A stretch of 62,899 nucleotides of DNA, filler included, from Octopus bimaculoides (taxonomy: Eukaryota): the NCBI RefSeq assembly GCF_001194135.2. It is 9 parts of 9 records of this genome, joined end to end, with 100 filler letters (N's around TTAATTAATTAA, not from the genome) between each part and the next. Parts side by side here need not be neighbours in the genome. Positions count along the whole stretch, not along the records: positions 1 to 14,502 come from NC_068983.1; positions 14,603 to 27,347 come from NC_069003.1; 7 more parts are not named here. One strand, given 5' to 3'. Below, one piece after another: positions 10,951-23,490 of this stretch. The notes under the pieces were generated by a model. That model saw nothing but the letters and a program-made list of their open reading frames with translations. It searched no databases and was not told where the DNA came from. The translations under genes and the position numbers were made by a program. Within the stretch, counting starts at the first letter, position 1, and each line of letters starts with the position of its first letter.

Positions 10951-11877
10951 TTTATGTGCTTGCTAGAAATAGTACAAATCTCTCTTTACCTTTACTCATC
11001 ATCATCATCATCATCATCGTTTAACATCTGCCTTCCATGCTGGCATAGGTGAGATGGTTTGACAAGAGCCTGTTAGGCAAAAGCCTGTACCAGACTTCTG
11101 TAACTGTTTTGGCAAGATTTTTACAGCCTGGATGCTTTTCCTGACGCCAACCACTCAGGAAAGTGAACTTAGTGCTTTTTATGTGGCACAAGCATAGGCG
11201 AGGTCAGTTTTGGCAAGGTTTTTACAGCTGAATGCCCTTATAAATGCCAACCACTTTACTGTGTGGACTGGGTGTTTTTAAGTAGCACCTGCACTGATAG
11301 GGTCACCAAGTAATTACAAGACAAAAAAAACCTATTTTGAGAGAGGAGGGGGCATTGGAGGAGATGATTTTGTCAATGATACAGTGGCAGAGGGCCAATA
11401 GGACAGGTTTGGAGAGTGTAAGGTATCTTAAAAAAGAAGGATGGATTCATTAGCTTAAAAGACATACAAAACAGAATAGAATGGTCACAGCCAGAAAGCT
11501 GTTGGTTGTTGATTAGTTCTACCAGTGTTTACTTGGGGTTTAACAACAGATAAGGAAGGTTGTAATTGATAATGGATTCTTAGATATTATACCAAAGTAA
11601 GAAACAGAAGAGAATATTGTATTTCAGATGATGTCTTTTATGAAATAGAAGAAAAATGAATAGAAAAACAAATATGAAAGGCAGGAGAAAGAGAAAAGAA
11701 AAAATGTACTATACCAAAAGAAGGTATCTACTCACGTGGCATAACATGTCTCAGGTCGAATGAAAGTCAAGATGGGAAGGTGGAAAGGATGTCCAATTGT
11801 CCTATTCCACTTTCCAATTTTCATTTCACCTGAGATGTGCCATTTGAATGGCCCTTTCTTTTTTATATCAATATTAG

Positions 11878-12050
11878 GGAAGTTGTGCAAGAGGGAGAAC
11901 CCAGGAAGACATGGGGTGAAGTATTAAAGGCTGGTCTCAAAACACTAAACCATACAAACCTAACAGAGGACCGAGACCCTAACAAAGGACACTGAACCTA
12001 ACAGAGGAACGAGATATGTGGTGCATTACTGTTTTTGAGAAGACCTGCCC
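11878..12050 (+). mobile_element. RTE LINE 3' fragment
   Basis: GSCARG-PRKTWGEVLKAGLKTL..TEDRD..W, same family as 3095-3252. Confidence 0.6.
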
Positions 12051-12480
12051 ACCACTACAGAACTGAGATCCTAAAACCAAAGTGCCATGTAAAAAGCATT
12101 GGTGTAGGTGTTGGTGCCACATAAAAAAAAACATTGGTGTTGGTGCCACTTAAAAAGTATGTAAAAAGCAAGATGGTACCATGTGAAAAGCACCCAGTAC
12201 ACTCTGTATAGTGGTTGGTGTTAGGAACGGCATCCGAACATTGAAACCAAACCAAAACAGATTATGGAACCTGGTGTGGTCCCTGGCCATGCCAGTTTTT
12301 GTCAAGCTGTCCAACCCATGCCAGCATGAAAAATGGTTATTAAATGTTGGCAATGATTGATGGTGTTCATTTTTCTCTTTTTTTACAATATCATACATTT
12401 TTCCTCTTTCTTTTTGCTATTGTATATCATTCCCTTTTTCTAATGCTGTTTTCATTTATTTCTTTTTCTTTGCCTTTCAG

Positions 12481-12516
12481 GTATCATTTCCACCAGTAGA
12501 TTCCAGCTTCGAAGAG
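12481..12516 (+). CDS. TEP1: Probable TEP1-like 36-nt microexon (exon 7); gene then interrupted by the segment end at 14502
   Basis: Long pyrimidine tract plus cag|12481, donor 12516|gtaagt; phase 0 to 0; VSFPPVDSSFEE. Too short for a homology check. Confidence 0.55.
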
Positions 12517-14376
12517 GTAAGTAAAGAATTTGTCATAATTCTCCAGTCTTTTACCATATTGCTTTCCAAACAATTATTATTGTCTCTTTTATATTGTCTC
12601 TTTTGAGAGGACATTGGTGTTTCCTTGGCGGAGGTTTGTGCTCTGTGAGTGCTTTTGTTATTATTTGAATTTCTTCATTCGTTACTTCTGGATATATTCA
12701 GCCAGGAAAGCTGAAACAACTGGTTTCATTTGTCACACTCATTTGTGATAAATAAAATATGAAAATAACTGTGTGACTAAAAGCTAGTTTCCCAACCATG
12801 TGGTCTTGAGTTCAGTCTCACTGCACAGCACCAGGGACAGCTGTCTTCTGTTTTAGCCCCAGGCCAACCAAAGCCTCGAAAGTGTAATGGGTAGATGGAA
12901 ACTGAAAGAATCTCATCATATGTGTGTGTGTACCCTTGTCTTGATGTCATGTGATGGTTGTAAACGAGTATCATTGTCATGTAAGTGAGGCTGTTTGTTT
13001 CCAGTCTTCTGTGAAAAGTATATCAGGCTATGGGGGAAATATTATCTTGCATGTAAACAGGTGATGGTTAGCGACAGGAAGGGCATCCAATTGTATGTAT
13101 AAAATATGCCTTCAAAAATTCCATCTAACTTTATGGCAACGTGGACGTTGAATGACGATGATACTGTAACAAACAAACAAGGCCAATTTTTCACACCTTA
13201 GTTAAATGATTCACTTATCTTCGAGAGTTATCTCCCTTGAGCTATATTGATACTGCAAGTAAAGGCAGTCTCGAACGCAGAACGGCTGTGAAAACTGCTT
13301 AGAACCGTGCTACTGAAAGTGGTGGTCGCAGACAGGTGCCGGTCGGCAAGCCGTCAGCTGCCGGTATGTAGCGAGTTTCCAGAAAAGAAAGAAACATTAT
13401 AAAATGCTTATGTAATATTGTATTATTTGTTTACAAAATAAATAAGGTAAAAAAAAAAATTGTCATCTTTTATTATATCCTTTATATATATTGTTTCCGA
13501 TATAAATCAATATTACTAAGCAATATTACCCGTCCTTGGCACATTGGGAGTGGGGGAAGCTGCCGGTACACCACATCAGATAGTTTGAGAAGCAGTGGGT
13601 AAGAAGATCAGGGAAAATGCCCTTGGAAAAAAAAAAAAGTGGCCAGCAAGCTGTTACAAAGAATTGAACCCTGTGCCTCTCAAATTCTGCATGTATTCAG
13701 TGTTTGAGACTTCATCTCTTTTCTGTAAAATACCAACTCAGTGCTTTGAAGTGTGCTTATAAATACTGCAGTTACTTGCCAGGACTAGTTTATTAAGTGT
13801 AATGTTGATTTGTGTATAGTTTCATAATTAATAGTATCTTTTATTGTACCAAAGATGGTATGTGGCTTGGTGGTTAGAGTGATCATAAGACTGGAGTTTC
13901 GATTCCTGGACTGGGCGGTGTGTTGTGTTCTTCATTTCATGTTGCTCCTGTCCACTCAGTTGGTATGAGTAATTCTGCAATGGACCAGCATTCTGTCCAG
14001 GAAGGAATATACATATATATTTTGAACGAGGTCGTTGCCAGAGCCGCTGGACTGGCTCCTGTGCAGGTGGCATGTAAAAAACACCATTTTGAGCGTGGCC
14101 GTGGCCAGTACCGCCTGACTGGCCCTTGTGCTAGCGGCACGTAAAAGCACCCACTACACTCTCAGAGTGGTTGGCATTAGGAANNNNNNNNNNACGTAAA
14201 AGCACCCACTACACTCTCAGAGTGGTTGGCATTAGGAAGGGCATCCAGCTGTAGAAACTCTGCCAGATTCAGATTGGAGCCTGATGCAGCCATCTGGTTC
14301 GCTAGTCCTCAGTCAAATCATCCAACCCATGCTAGTATGGAAGGCGGACGTTAAACGATGATGAAGATGATGATGA

Positions 14377-14409
<33 letters not shown>

Positions 14410-14502
14410 AGCAACTATGTGGTAAGTAGCTTGCTTACCGACCACATGGTCCTGGGTTCAGTCCCACTGCGTGGCATCTTGGGCAAGTGTCTTCTACTAT
14501 AG

Positions 14503-14602
14503 NNNNNNNNNNNNNNNNNNNNNNNNNNNNNNNNNNNNNNNNNNNNTTAATTAATTAANNNNNNNNNNNNNNNNNNNNNNNNNNNNNNNNNNNNNNNNNN
14601 NN
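14503..14602. other. Artificial scaffold-joining spacer 1
   Basis: N44-TTAATTAATTAA-N44, 100 nt, stops in all six frames. Confidence 0.97.
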
Positions 14603-15108
14603 CCACTCCCGCGCCTACATACGTAAAAAAAAAAAAAAAGAAAAAAAAATCTTCTTACTGTCAGTGGCTGAGGCGTTCCCTAATTACAGTCCCATCTTAC
14701 AACGATGACGCTCGAAAGGGCTGCGCGTTCTCCATTATGCGAGCACTGAAAATATCCCCGACGCGCCCCTGAGAACAAAGACCAAGAAAGTGGTATAGTC
14801 TAATGCGTCGATATGTAACTAGGTAGTCCTTGTCGACGTCACCTCCTTTTCTCTATATACCTTCACCCACGCCTTCTTCTCTCTCTCTTCCCTCGTTCTC
14901 TCCCTCTTTCTCTCACTATATACAACAATTCTGTTGCTTATTCTGAGGTTTGCTTTTGCTTGACCAATCAATCCTTTTTCAATCACGTTATTCGTTCGTT
15001 TGTGATATTTATTAGAGAGGACACGTCCAACAAACACATGTGCATACACAACCTCGCACCTTCACGCACAAACGCAGAATACAAGGATAATAAGGGCTTA
15101 ACTAAAAG
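14603..15108 (+). promoter_or_regulatory. CpG-enriched region ending at a strong donor; possible first non-coding exon of the EXTL3-like gene
   Basis: Locally CpG-rich relative to the window; aaaag|GTAAGT at 15109; the EXTL coding exon has an acceptor at 21140 that needs an upstream exon. Confidence 0.35.
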
Positions 15109-16261
15109 GTAAGTGACCTTTAATTTTTACTTGTTTTTGTCATCAGGCTGTGGTCATGCTGGGGCACCGCCACGAAGAATTTTAGCAGAATGAATTCACC
15201 CCAGTACACATTTTTTTTTTCTTTTTCCTTTCTTTCTTTTTTTCTTTTTTTGAAGTCTGCTACTTATTCCATAGGACTCATTTGCTAAGCCGCTATTTTA
15301 CAACGATGTAAACACACCAACACCGGTTATTAAGCGGTGGAGGAAGGCAAAGAAAACATACAAACACACACACACACACACTCATACATGCGCACGTATA
15401 TGTATTAATATAAATGCGTACACATACACACATATACATAGAAACGCGCGCATGTATTAATAAAAGTACATACACANNNNNNNNNNNNNNNNNNNNNNNN
15501 NNNNNNNNNNNNNNNNNNNNNNNNNNNNNNNNNNNNNNNNNNNNNNNNNNNNNNNNNNNNNNNNNNNNNNNNNNNNNNNNNNNNNNNNNNNNNNNNNNNN
15601 NNNNNNNNNNNNNNNNNNNNNNNNNNNNNNNNNNNNNNNNNNNNNNNNNNNNNNNNNNNNNNNNNNNNNNNNNNNNNNNNNNNNNNNNNNNNNNNNNNNN
15701 NNNNNNNNNNNNNNNNNNNNNNNNNNNNNNNNNNNNNNNNNNNNNNNNNNNNNNNNNNNNNNNNNNNNNNNNNNNNNNNNNNNNNNNNNNNNNNNNNNNN
15801 NNNNNNNNNNNNNNNNNNNNNNNNNNNNNNNNNNNNNNNNNNNNNNNNNNNNNNNNNNNNNNNNNNNNNNNNNNNNNNNNNNNNNNNNNNNNNNNNNNNN
15901 NNNNNNNNNNNNNNNNNNNNNNNNNNNNNATTCTTTTACTTATTTCAGTCATTTGACTGTGGCCATGCTGGAGCACCGCTTCCAGTTGAACCTATCGTCC
16001 CCGGAACTTATTCTTTGTAAGCCAAATACTTATTCTGTACCTTTTGCGGAACGTAAGCACACACACCAACATCTGTTGCCAAGCGATGGTGGGTGGAAAC
16101 ACACACACACACACACACCAACATNNNNNNNNNNNNNNNNNNNNNNNNNNNNNNNNNNNNNNNNNNNNNNNNNNNNNNNNNNNNNNNNNNNNTGGGTGGA
16201 AACACACACACACACACACACCAACATCGGTTGCCAAGCGATAGTGGGTGGAAACACACAC

Positions 16262-16297
<36 letters not shown>

Positions 16298-16307
16298 NNN
16301 NNNNNNN

Positions 16308-16341
<34 letters not shown>

Positions 16342-17462
16342 TCAATTCGAGATCAGGTCCTCGTTAGTGGTCCTTTGTTTCCTTCTTCTTTCTTATGTGT
16401 GTGTCTCACCTTGCTNNNNNNNNNNNNNNNNNNNNNNNNNNNNNNNNNNNNNNNNNNNNNNNNNNNNNNNNNNNNNNNNNNNNNNNNNNNNNNNNNNGTA
16501 ACTTTATATTTTCCGACGCTACTCTATCTCTTTCTCTTTCTCTTCCATTTCCCCCCTCTCGTTCTTCCTCTTTACTTCTACATATCTCGCTTTACCCCTC
16601 TCGTTCTTCCTCTGTTACTACTACGTANNNNNNNNNNNNNNNNNNNNNNNNNNNNNNNNNNNNNNNNNNNNNNNNNNNNNNNNNNNNNNNNNNNNNNNNN
16701 NNNNNNNNNNNNNNNNNNNNNNNNNNNNNNNNNNNNNNNNNNNNNNNNNNNNNNNNNNNNNNNNNNNNNNNNNNNNNNNNNNNNNNNNNNNNNNNNNNNN
16801 NNNNNNNNNNNNNNNNNNNNNNNNNNNNNNNNNNNNNNNNNNNNNNNNNNNNNNNNNNNNNNNNNNNNNNNNNNNNNNNNNNNNNNNNNNNNNNNNNNNN
16901 NNNNNNNNNNNNNNNNNNNNNNNNNNNNNNNNNNNNNNNNNNNNNNNNNNNNNNNNNNNNNNNNNNNNNNNNNNNNNNNNNNNNNNNNNNNNNNNNNNNN
17001 NNNNNNNNNNNNNNNNNNNNNNNNNNNNNNNNNNNNNNNNNNNNNNNNNNNNNNNNNNNNNNNNNNNNNNNNNNNNNNNNNNNNNNNNNNNNNNNNNNNN
17101 NNNNNNNNNNNNNNTGGTTGTCACAAAAGTATTAAAATACATATATACATTCTTTGATAATAAGTAGAATATGTTTAAAACAGTTTAAAAGAGAGTGTAT
17201 ATGTTTGTGTGTCTGTGTTTGTCCCCCCAACATCGCTTGACANNNNNNNNNNNNNNNNNNNNNNNNNNNNNNNNNNNNNNNNNNNNNNNNNNNNNNNNNN
17301 NNNNNNNNNNNNNNNNNNNNNNNNNNNNNNNNNNNNNNNNNNNNNNNNNNNNNNNNNNNNNNNNNNNNNNNNNNNNNNNNNNNNNNNNNNNNNNNNNNNN
17401 NNNNNNNNNNNNNNNNNNNNNNNNNNNAACACAGACACACAAACATATACACGCACATACAA

Positions 17463-17497
<35 letters not shown>

Positions 17498-18396
17498 CAT
17501 ATATACGACGGGCTTCTTTCAGTTTCCGTCTACCAAATCCACNNNNNNNNNNNNNNNNNNNNNNNNNNNNNNNNNNNNNNNNNNNNNNNNNNNNNNNNNN
17601 NNNNNNNNNNNNNNNNNNNNNNNNNNNNNNNNNNNNNNNNNNNNNNNCCGGAACCATGTAGCTCGTAAGCAAGCTACTTACCACACAGCCACTCCTATGC
17701 TCATTATTATATTAGGAAATTTAATTTACTCTGTAAAAATAAGAAAGAAATAAAACATATGCAAGAAATTTATAGGTAAGGAAATGTTATTTACATATAT
17801 TAGGAAAGAAATAAAATTGAATGATTGTTGGAATAAAACCATTTAGGAGTGGCTGTGTGGTAAGTAGCTTGCTTACCAACCACATGGTTNNNNNNNNNNN
17901 NNNNNNNNNNNNNNNNNNNNNNNNNNNNNNNNNNNNNNNNNNNNNNNNNNNNNAAGCCTTGTGAGTGGATTTGGTAGACGGAAACTGAAAGAAGCCCGTC
18001 GAAGATATGTATATGCATGTATATATGTGTGTTTGTGTGTCTGTGTTTGTCCTCCCAACATCGCTTGACNNNNNNNNNNNNNNNNNNNNNNNNNNNNNNN
18101 NNNNNNNNNNNNNNNNNNNNNNNNNNNNNNNNNNNNNNNNNNNNNNNNNNNNNNNNNNNNNNNNNNNNNNNNNNNNNNNNNNNNNNNNNNNNNNNNNGTG
18201 CTCCAGCATGGCCACAGTCAAAAAGACTGAAACAAGTAACAGAGTAAAGAGTATATATTATGTATATGTTAGAAATAAGTATATTTAAGCAAGATATTAT
18301 ATATTTTATATTGTATAAAATTATAGATATAAATGCTGGTTCTATTAAGGATCTAATTAATTCCGTTTCAAATTTAGTAAAAAATATTTATGGTTA

Positions 18397-18730
18397 ACTA
18401 GCAGAGATACCCTGCATTGCACGGGATTAAAATGGTACAGTTTGTATATAATATATTACAGTTATGTTGAAACAGGTGATATGGGANNNNNNNNNNTTGT
18501 ATATAATATATTACAGTTATGTTGAAACAGGTGATATGGGAAAGTGAAACATTGACAACAAAACATTTGTGGAATGAATGCTGGGCTAATTCGACGAAGC
18601 AACATACTATGCGTCCATCTGGAGTATATATATATAGGACAGACATCTTTCAAACTAAAAGTATTATCTCACATTACAATAGAAGCGTAATACTGAAATG
18701 GTGTCAGATATAAGACATTCCTCTGGGCTC
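18397..18730 (+). mobile_element. Helitron/Helentron-like non-autonomous element
   Basis: Starts AACTAGCAGAGATACCCTGCATTGCACGGG, the typical CTAG plus short-hairpin terminus; 3' boundary uncertain. Confidence 0.5.
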
Positions 18731-20377
18731 ACATTAGGCAAGAAGTTTTTTTTTTGTTCCATGACACTGCATGGACCTTGGCTTTTGTATTTGGCGACTG
18801 TTGCTTTAAGTATTTTATTTCGATTTTATGTATATATGCTGTTGTTGTTGGCACTCCATCGCTTACGACGTCGAGGGTTCCANNNNNNNNNNNNNNNNNN
18901 NNNNNNNNNNNNNNNNNNNNNNNNNNNNNNNNNNNNNNNNNNNNNNNNNNNNNNNNNNNNNNNNNNNNNNNNNNNNNNNNNNNNNNNNNNNNNNNNNNNN
19001 NNNNNNNNNNNNNNNNNNNNNNNNNNNNNNNNNNNNNNNNNNNNNNNNNNNNNNNNNNNNNNNNNNNNNNNNNNNNNNNNNNNNNNNNNNNNNNNNNNNN
19101 NNNNNNNNNNNNNNNNNNNNNNNNNNNNNNNNNNNNNNNNNNNNNNNNNNNNNNNNNNNNNNNNNNNNNNNNNNNNNNNNNNNNNNNNNNNNNNNNNNNN
19201 NNNNNNNNNNNNNNNNNNNNNNNNNNNNNNNNNNNNNNNNNNNNNNNNNNNNNNNNNNNNNNNNNNNNNNNNNNNNNNGACTGCGAGTCCGCTGCCCTAA
19301 CCACTGGGCCATTGTGCCTCCACTGTATATATGCAAGTATGAGCCAATGAGGGAGACCTCTACATGGTAGCTTGACCTGTTACAAATAGCAGTCAAATCT
19401 CCCTCAAAACATTCTACTGTCTTCATCTGATAATTCTGCCTATTTTGTAGTTTGAATGAGAAACTGTAACTAATAATTAAGATTATTAACTCCAAAATTT
19501 TACGTGTTTTAATAGCAATCAATAGTTTTCTGTTTTTGCGTAGCTTTTCATGTCAGCTGTAAAGGTGAAGAGGGTTAACTTGNNNNNNNNNNCTTTTCAT
19601 GTCAGCTGTAAAGGTGAAGAGGGTTAACTTGGACGGTGTTAAACAGCGGAGATTGGTGGTTACTTTTGGCTGTTACTTCTCAATAATGATAATTGATTGA
19701 TAACGAATCTTAACACAATATATATACAACTTCGGGTGGAATTGCACGTCATAAGAGAAACAGCATAGCGATGGTTTTGGTTGACTGTCATCCTGTACTC
19801 CCCTTGTTGCTAGCGAAATGGNNNNNNNNNNTGACTGTCATCCTGTACTCCCCTTGTTGCTAGCGAAATGGTATGTGCCGGATGTCTCAGCAACTGGTTG
19901 ATTTTAATGGCGGAACAAACAAAACATAAAGATTTAATGGCGGAACAAACAAGACAAAAAGATTACAAAAATAGCGATTCTCACCTTGAAACTAACTATT
20001 TTAGAAATCCTTTTAGATTACGGAACGCATACAAACCGACAAACATACACATAGAAACTGATACACACACACAAATAGTACCAGTCACCTTGCAATGGTT
20101 GTCACCGGAATGTACTAAGGCGATCGAGTTAGTGGCAAAAGTGTTGTACAAGCTTTTGACTAATAACGTACATATGTTTCACTTCCATTTGAATGTAGGA
20201 CGGCTAAGATATGTACGTACGTACGTACGTATGTATGTATGTACGTACGTATGTATGTACGTACGTNNNNNNNNNNNNNNNNNNNNNNNNNNNNNNNNNN
20301 NNNNNNNNNNNNNNNNNNNNNNNNNNNNNNNNNNNNNNNNNNNNNNNNNNNNNNNNNNNNNNNNNNNNNNNNNNNNT

Positions 20378-20505
20378 ATATTTAAATGATAAACTTTTGG
20401 AAAGTTTTACAGATTTTTACAGTTCCCGTGATGGATTGGATCTGTGGTCTTCGAATTAGCCTTCTCCTTTCTGGTTTTGAGAAGCCTAATTTTGAGATGC
20501 TTAAA
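20378..20505 (-). mobile_element. 3' end of an RLE-type (R2/R4/NeSL-like) non-LTR retrotransposon
   Basis: KLGFSKPERRRLIRRPQIQSITGTVKICKTFQKFII*, shared with 28295-28435 and 45428-45610. Confidence 0.55.
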
Positions 20506-21213
20506 GGCGGCGATTCTGCCCACTCGCCGCCTTTGGCTTGGTTTATATTACCATAGAATGAGTTCGTTTATATAACTTGACATCAGGTTATATTATGACA
20601 CACTCGTTGAAGCCTGAGGGTTGAGTTGTTTCATGAATATAGAGCATAAAGAAGAAAGCAGGAAGAAGATAAGCAGATAGTCTCTTGCTGCTATTTCGAG
20701 AATGGATGCAAAGCTGGTGCATTTCCAAGTAAATCAAAGATCCAATCTCGTTAAAGATTACTTGACAAGCTAATACGATAATTTAGCCGCTTAATTGAAC
20801 ATGACGTTAATATAACCTTCTTAACGAGAGATTTCACTATATATTCATGCATGTGTGTGTGTGTGTGTGTGAGGGGAGATGCGTATACATATACAGACTG
20901 ATACACGATCACATTTCTATAGTTTTCTTCCATTTGCTTTTTTTTTCTATTTGCATTGCTTACTGCATTTTCACCTGATTCTCATTGGAGATTATCCCCT
21001 GCTGTACACATGACAAAAGACTATTTTCGTTCTTGGATGATCTCTAATGTTTAGTTTTTTCTCAGTCTTTTATGTACAAAAGAAATCACACTTTCTAATA
21101 AAATTCACATTTTGCATCTTGTGTATATCTATATTTCTAGATTCAACAGAAAGGCGTAAATGCACAGTTGGTATTCTACCGTATAAAAAAGGGTTTTATG
21201 AATCAGAGGTGAA

Positions 21214-22480
21214 ATGAGTTTTACAAGAAAGCATCTGTTTGCCTTACTCATTTTCATTTTAGGCTCTGTCTTATATATATACACCACTTCACTAAATATA
21301 AAACCAAACCTGGAAATATACCCTGCTTATTTACCAAGCTTTGCTAGACACCAATCTAATAAATGTAACATGGAAACATGTTTCAATTCCAAACGCTGTA
21401 ACATTTCTAATTTCAAAGCTTTTGTGTATCCAAGTGCCGTTTGGAATCGCACTAAGGATAATTCCATTTTGGGAAAGACCTACTTAACCAAGCAGCCAAA
21501 AGATGCTTGTATGTATATTTTTTTCTGGGAGCCAGGATTAAATTTAAATGATTTACAATTTTGGCAGGAAAATGGGTCAAACCACATCATCATTAACTTG
21601 GATATCAACAAAAAAGGGCCACTTCATCCTGGTCATGCATTGGTGGCTCAACCGCACTTTCATTACCTTACATTCCGAGCTGGATTTGATTTTATTTTAC
21701 CATTTTACAATAATAATAATTCAAAGGTTACGTATAAAATACTCTCTCCGCGCTTTCCCCTCCATCGTAAGTATTGGATATCATATCTAAGTGGCTCTCA
21801 GTCAAAACTAGATATTTTCAGAAAATATCAACGACTGTCCACCAGTCTTTCTGAATACCTAAAAAGATACAATTCTTCGTTGCTGCCAATAAAAGTCTCC
21901 AGCGAATGTTCTCCGTCGGATATTTCGAGCTGTCCAAAGAAAAAACGACTGCAAATTTTTACCAACTCCACTTTTACTATAATAGTGATGCCACGTCAGT
22001 TATTTATGGAAAGTGATTGGGACGTTTTTCAGATTCATTTGGTTGAAATACTTCAAAGTGGATCCATACCAGTGTTAATTGGAGATGAAAATTACCTACC
22101 ATTACAGGATTATATTAACTGGAAGAAAGTTCTTGTAACATTTCATTGGAATATGTTGACTAAATTCCTACCGTTTTTATCTTCTCTCACCGATACGGAC
22201 ATCTTACGATTTAAACAGTATGGACGACATGTGATGGAGGTGATTTTCTCATCTAAAAAGTCGCTCCTGGCAGTAATCCTCGAATCGGTGCATCAACGAC
22301 AACGAGTTCCAGTGCCTTGTTTCAATCCATATCATCCAAAAATATTATTTACATACCAACCAAACAGTATTGACAAAAATCAGAGCTATGATCAGCCTGG
22401 TCGTTTTAGAGATGGCAAACATTCCATACTTGATCTGAGAATGCCACCTGAAGCAATATCTTTTATCAACCTAGAACGAA
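21214..22480 (+). CDS. EXTL3: Exostosin-family glycosyltransferase, EXTL3-like, large first coding exon (N-terminal TM anchor plus GT47 domain)
   Basis: Type II TM segment (LFALLIFILGSVLYIY); CNMETCFNSKRC; FWQENGSNHIIINL; ALVAQ...FRAGFDF; PLHRKY; STFTII; GSIPVLIG...LP; LSSLTDTDILRFKQYGR, all collinear with recalled EXTL3 motifs. Donor 22480|gtgagt, so the ORF-track stop at 22491 is intronic. Acceptor at 21140 gives a short 5'UTR. Orthology versus paralogy is unresolved. Confidence 0.85.
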
Positions 22481-23333
22481 GTGAGTACTAGAATTTTGCC
22501 TAAATATTATTCTTGTTAGTGCTGTTGTTGTTTTTGCTTTTGTTGTTGTTATTGTTAATATTCAGTTCTTAGGTATCATCTACTCTCAAAGGGCTGATTG
22601 TCAAGGATCTCCATTCGGGTAGTCTGAAATCCATGATTTATTACCGGTACAATTTTGTACATAGTTAGGTCCCGATCCCTTCGACGGATGTTAGTCGCAT
22701 GTCTGTATTCTGTCGGATTAATGCCCTAGAAGCGTTACACTTCTCGCTGTCATGTCTTCTGAACCATTTACAATCCTGGATTNNNNNNNNNNGTTACACT
22801 TCTCGCTGTCATGTCTTCTGAACCATTTACAATCCTGGATTCTTTCGCTTCGTCTGCCATTTCAGTTTTCGTGCATTTAAAGAGTTACTTCCCCTCTGCA
22901 ACAGCATTTTTGCGATTGCTGATATCTTCTCTTTAGTCTTGCTCACTAGCCGAAGTGCAGCACCGTCGTGTCGCTGTTAGAGCGCACTGCTAACTTCTAA
23001 GAACTATAAGTGAGAGTTAAGTAGTGGTCGGAATCCAGTACTCTTGTGCTCACCGCCTTTCGTGCACGTGTGCACGAAAGGCGGCGAGCTGGTAGAAACG
23101 TTAGCACGCCGGGCGAAATGCTCAGCGGTATNNNNNNNNNNTGCCGCTACGTTCTGAGTTCAAATTCCGCCGAGGTCGACTTTGCATTTCACCCTCACGG
23201 GATCGATGAAATAAGTAGCAGTTGATCACTGGAGTAGATGTAATCGACTTAACCCCTCCCCCGAAACTGCTGGCCTTGTGCCAAAATTTGAAAGCAGCAT
23301 AACTATGTGATGTTTTATTTTTTTTACTCTTAG

Positions 23334-23369
23334 AACCCGGAAAAAGCTGGCCACCCGAAAAATTTACAG
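23334..23369 (+). CDS. EXTL3: EXTL3-like exon 2 (36-nt, start of GT64 domain)
   Basis: ttactcttag|23334, 23369|gtaaat; phase 1 to 1. (K)PGKSWPPEKFT(V) supplies the FT of the GT64 start motif (REQFTVVMLTY in EXTL3). Confidence 0.75.
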
Positions 23370-23478
23370 GTAAATATGTTATTTTATTTAAAGCAACAGA
23401 AGGAACTTTACTCTGTACCAAGGGTGAATTTCATTTTACCGTGGCGAAAAAGTCTGTTTCGATAGTAGCCAAAGATGC

Positions 23479-23490
23479 TGCGCATGCGCA
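23479..23490. promoter_or_regulatory. NRF1-type palindrome TGCGCATGCGCA
   Basis: Exact 12-mer in EXTL intron 2; could be transposon-borne. Confidence 0.3.
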
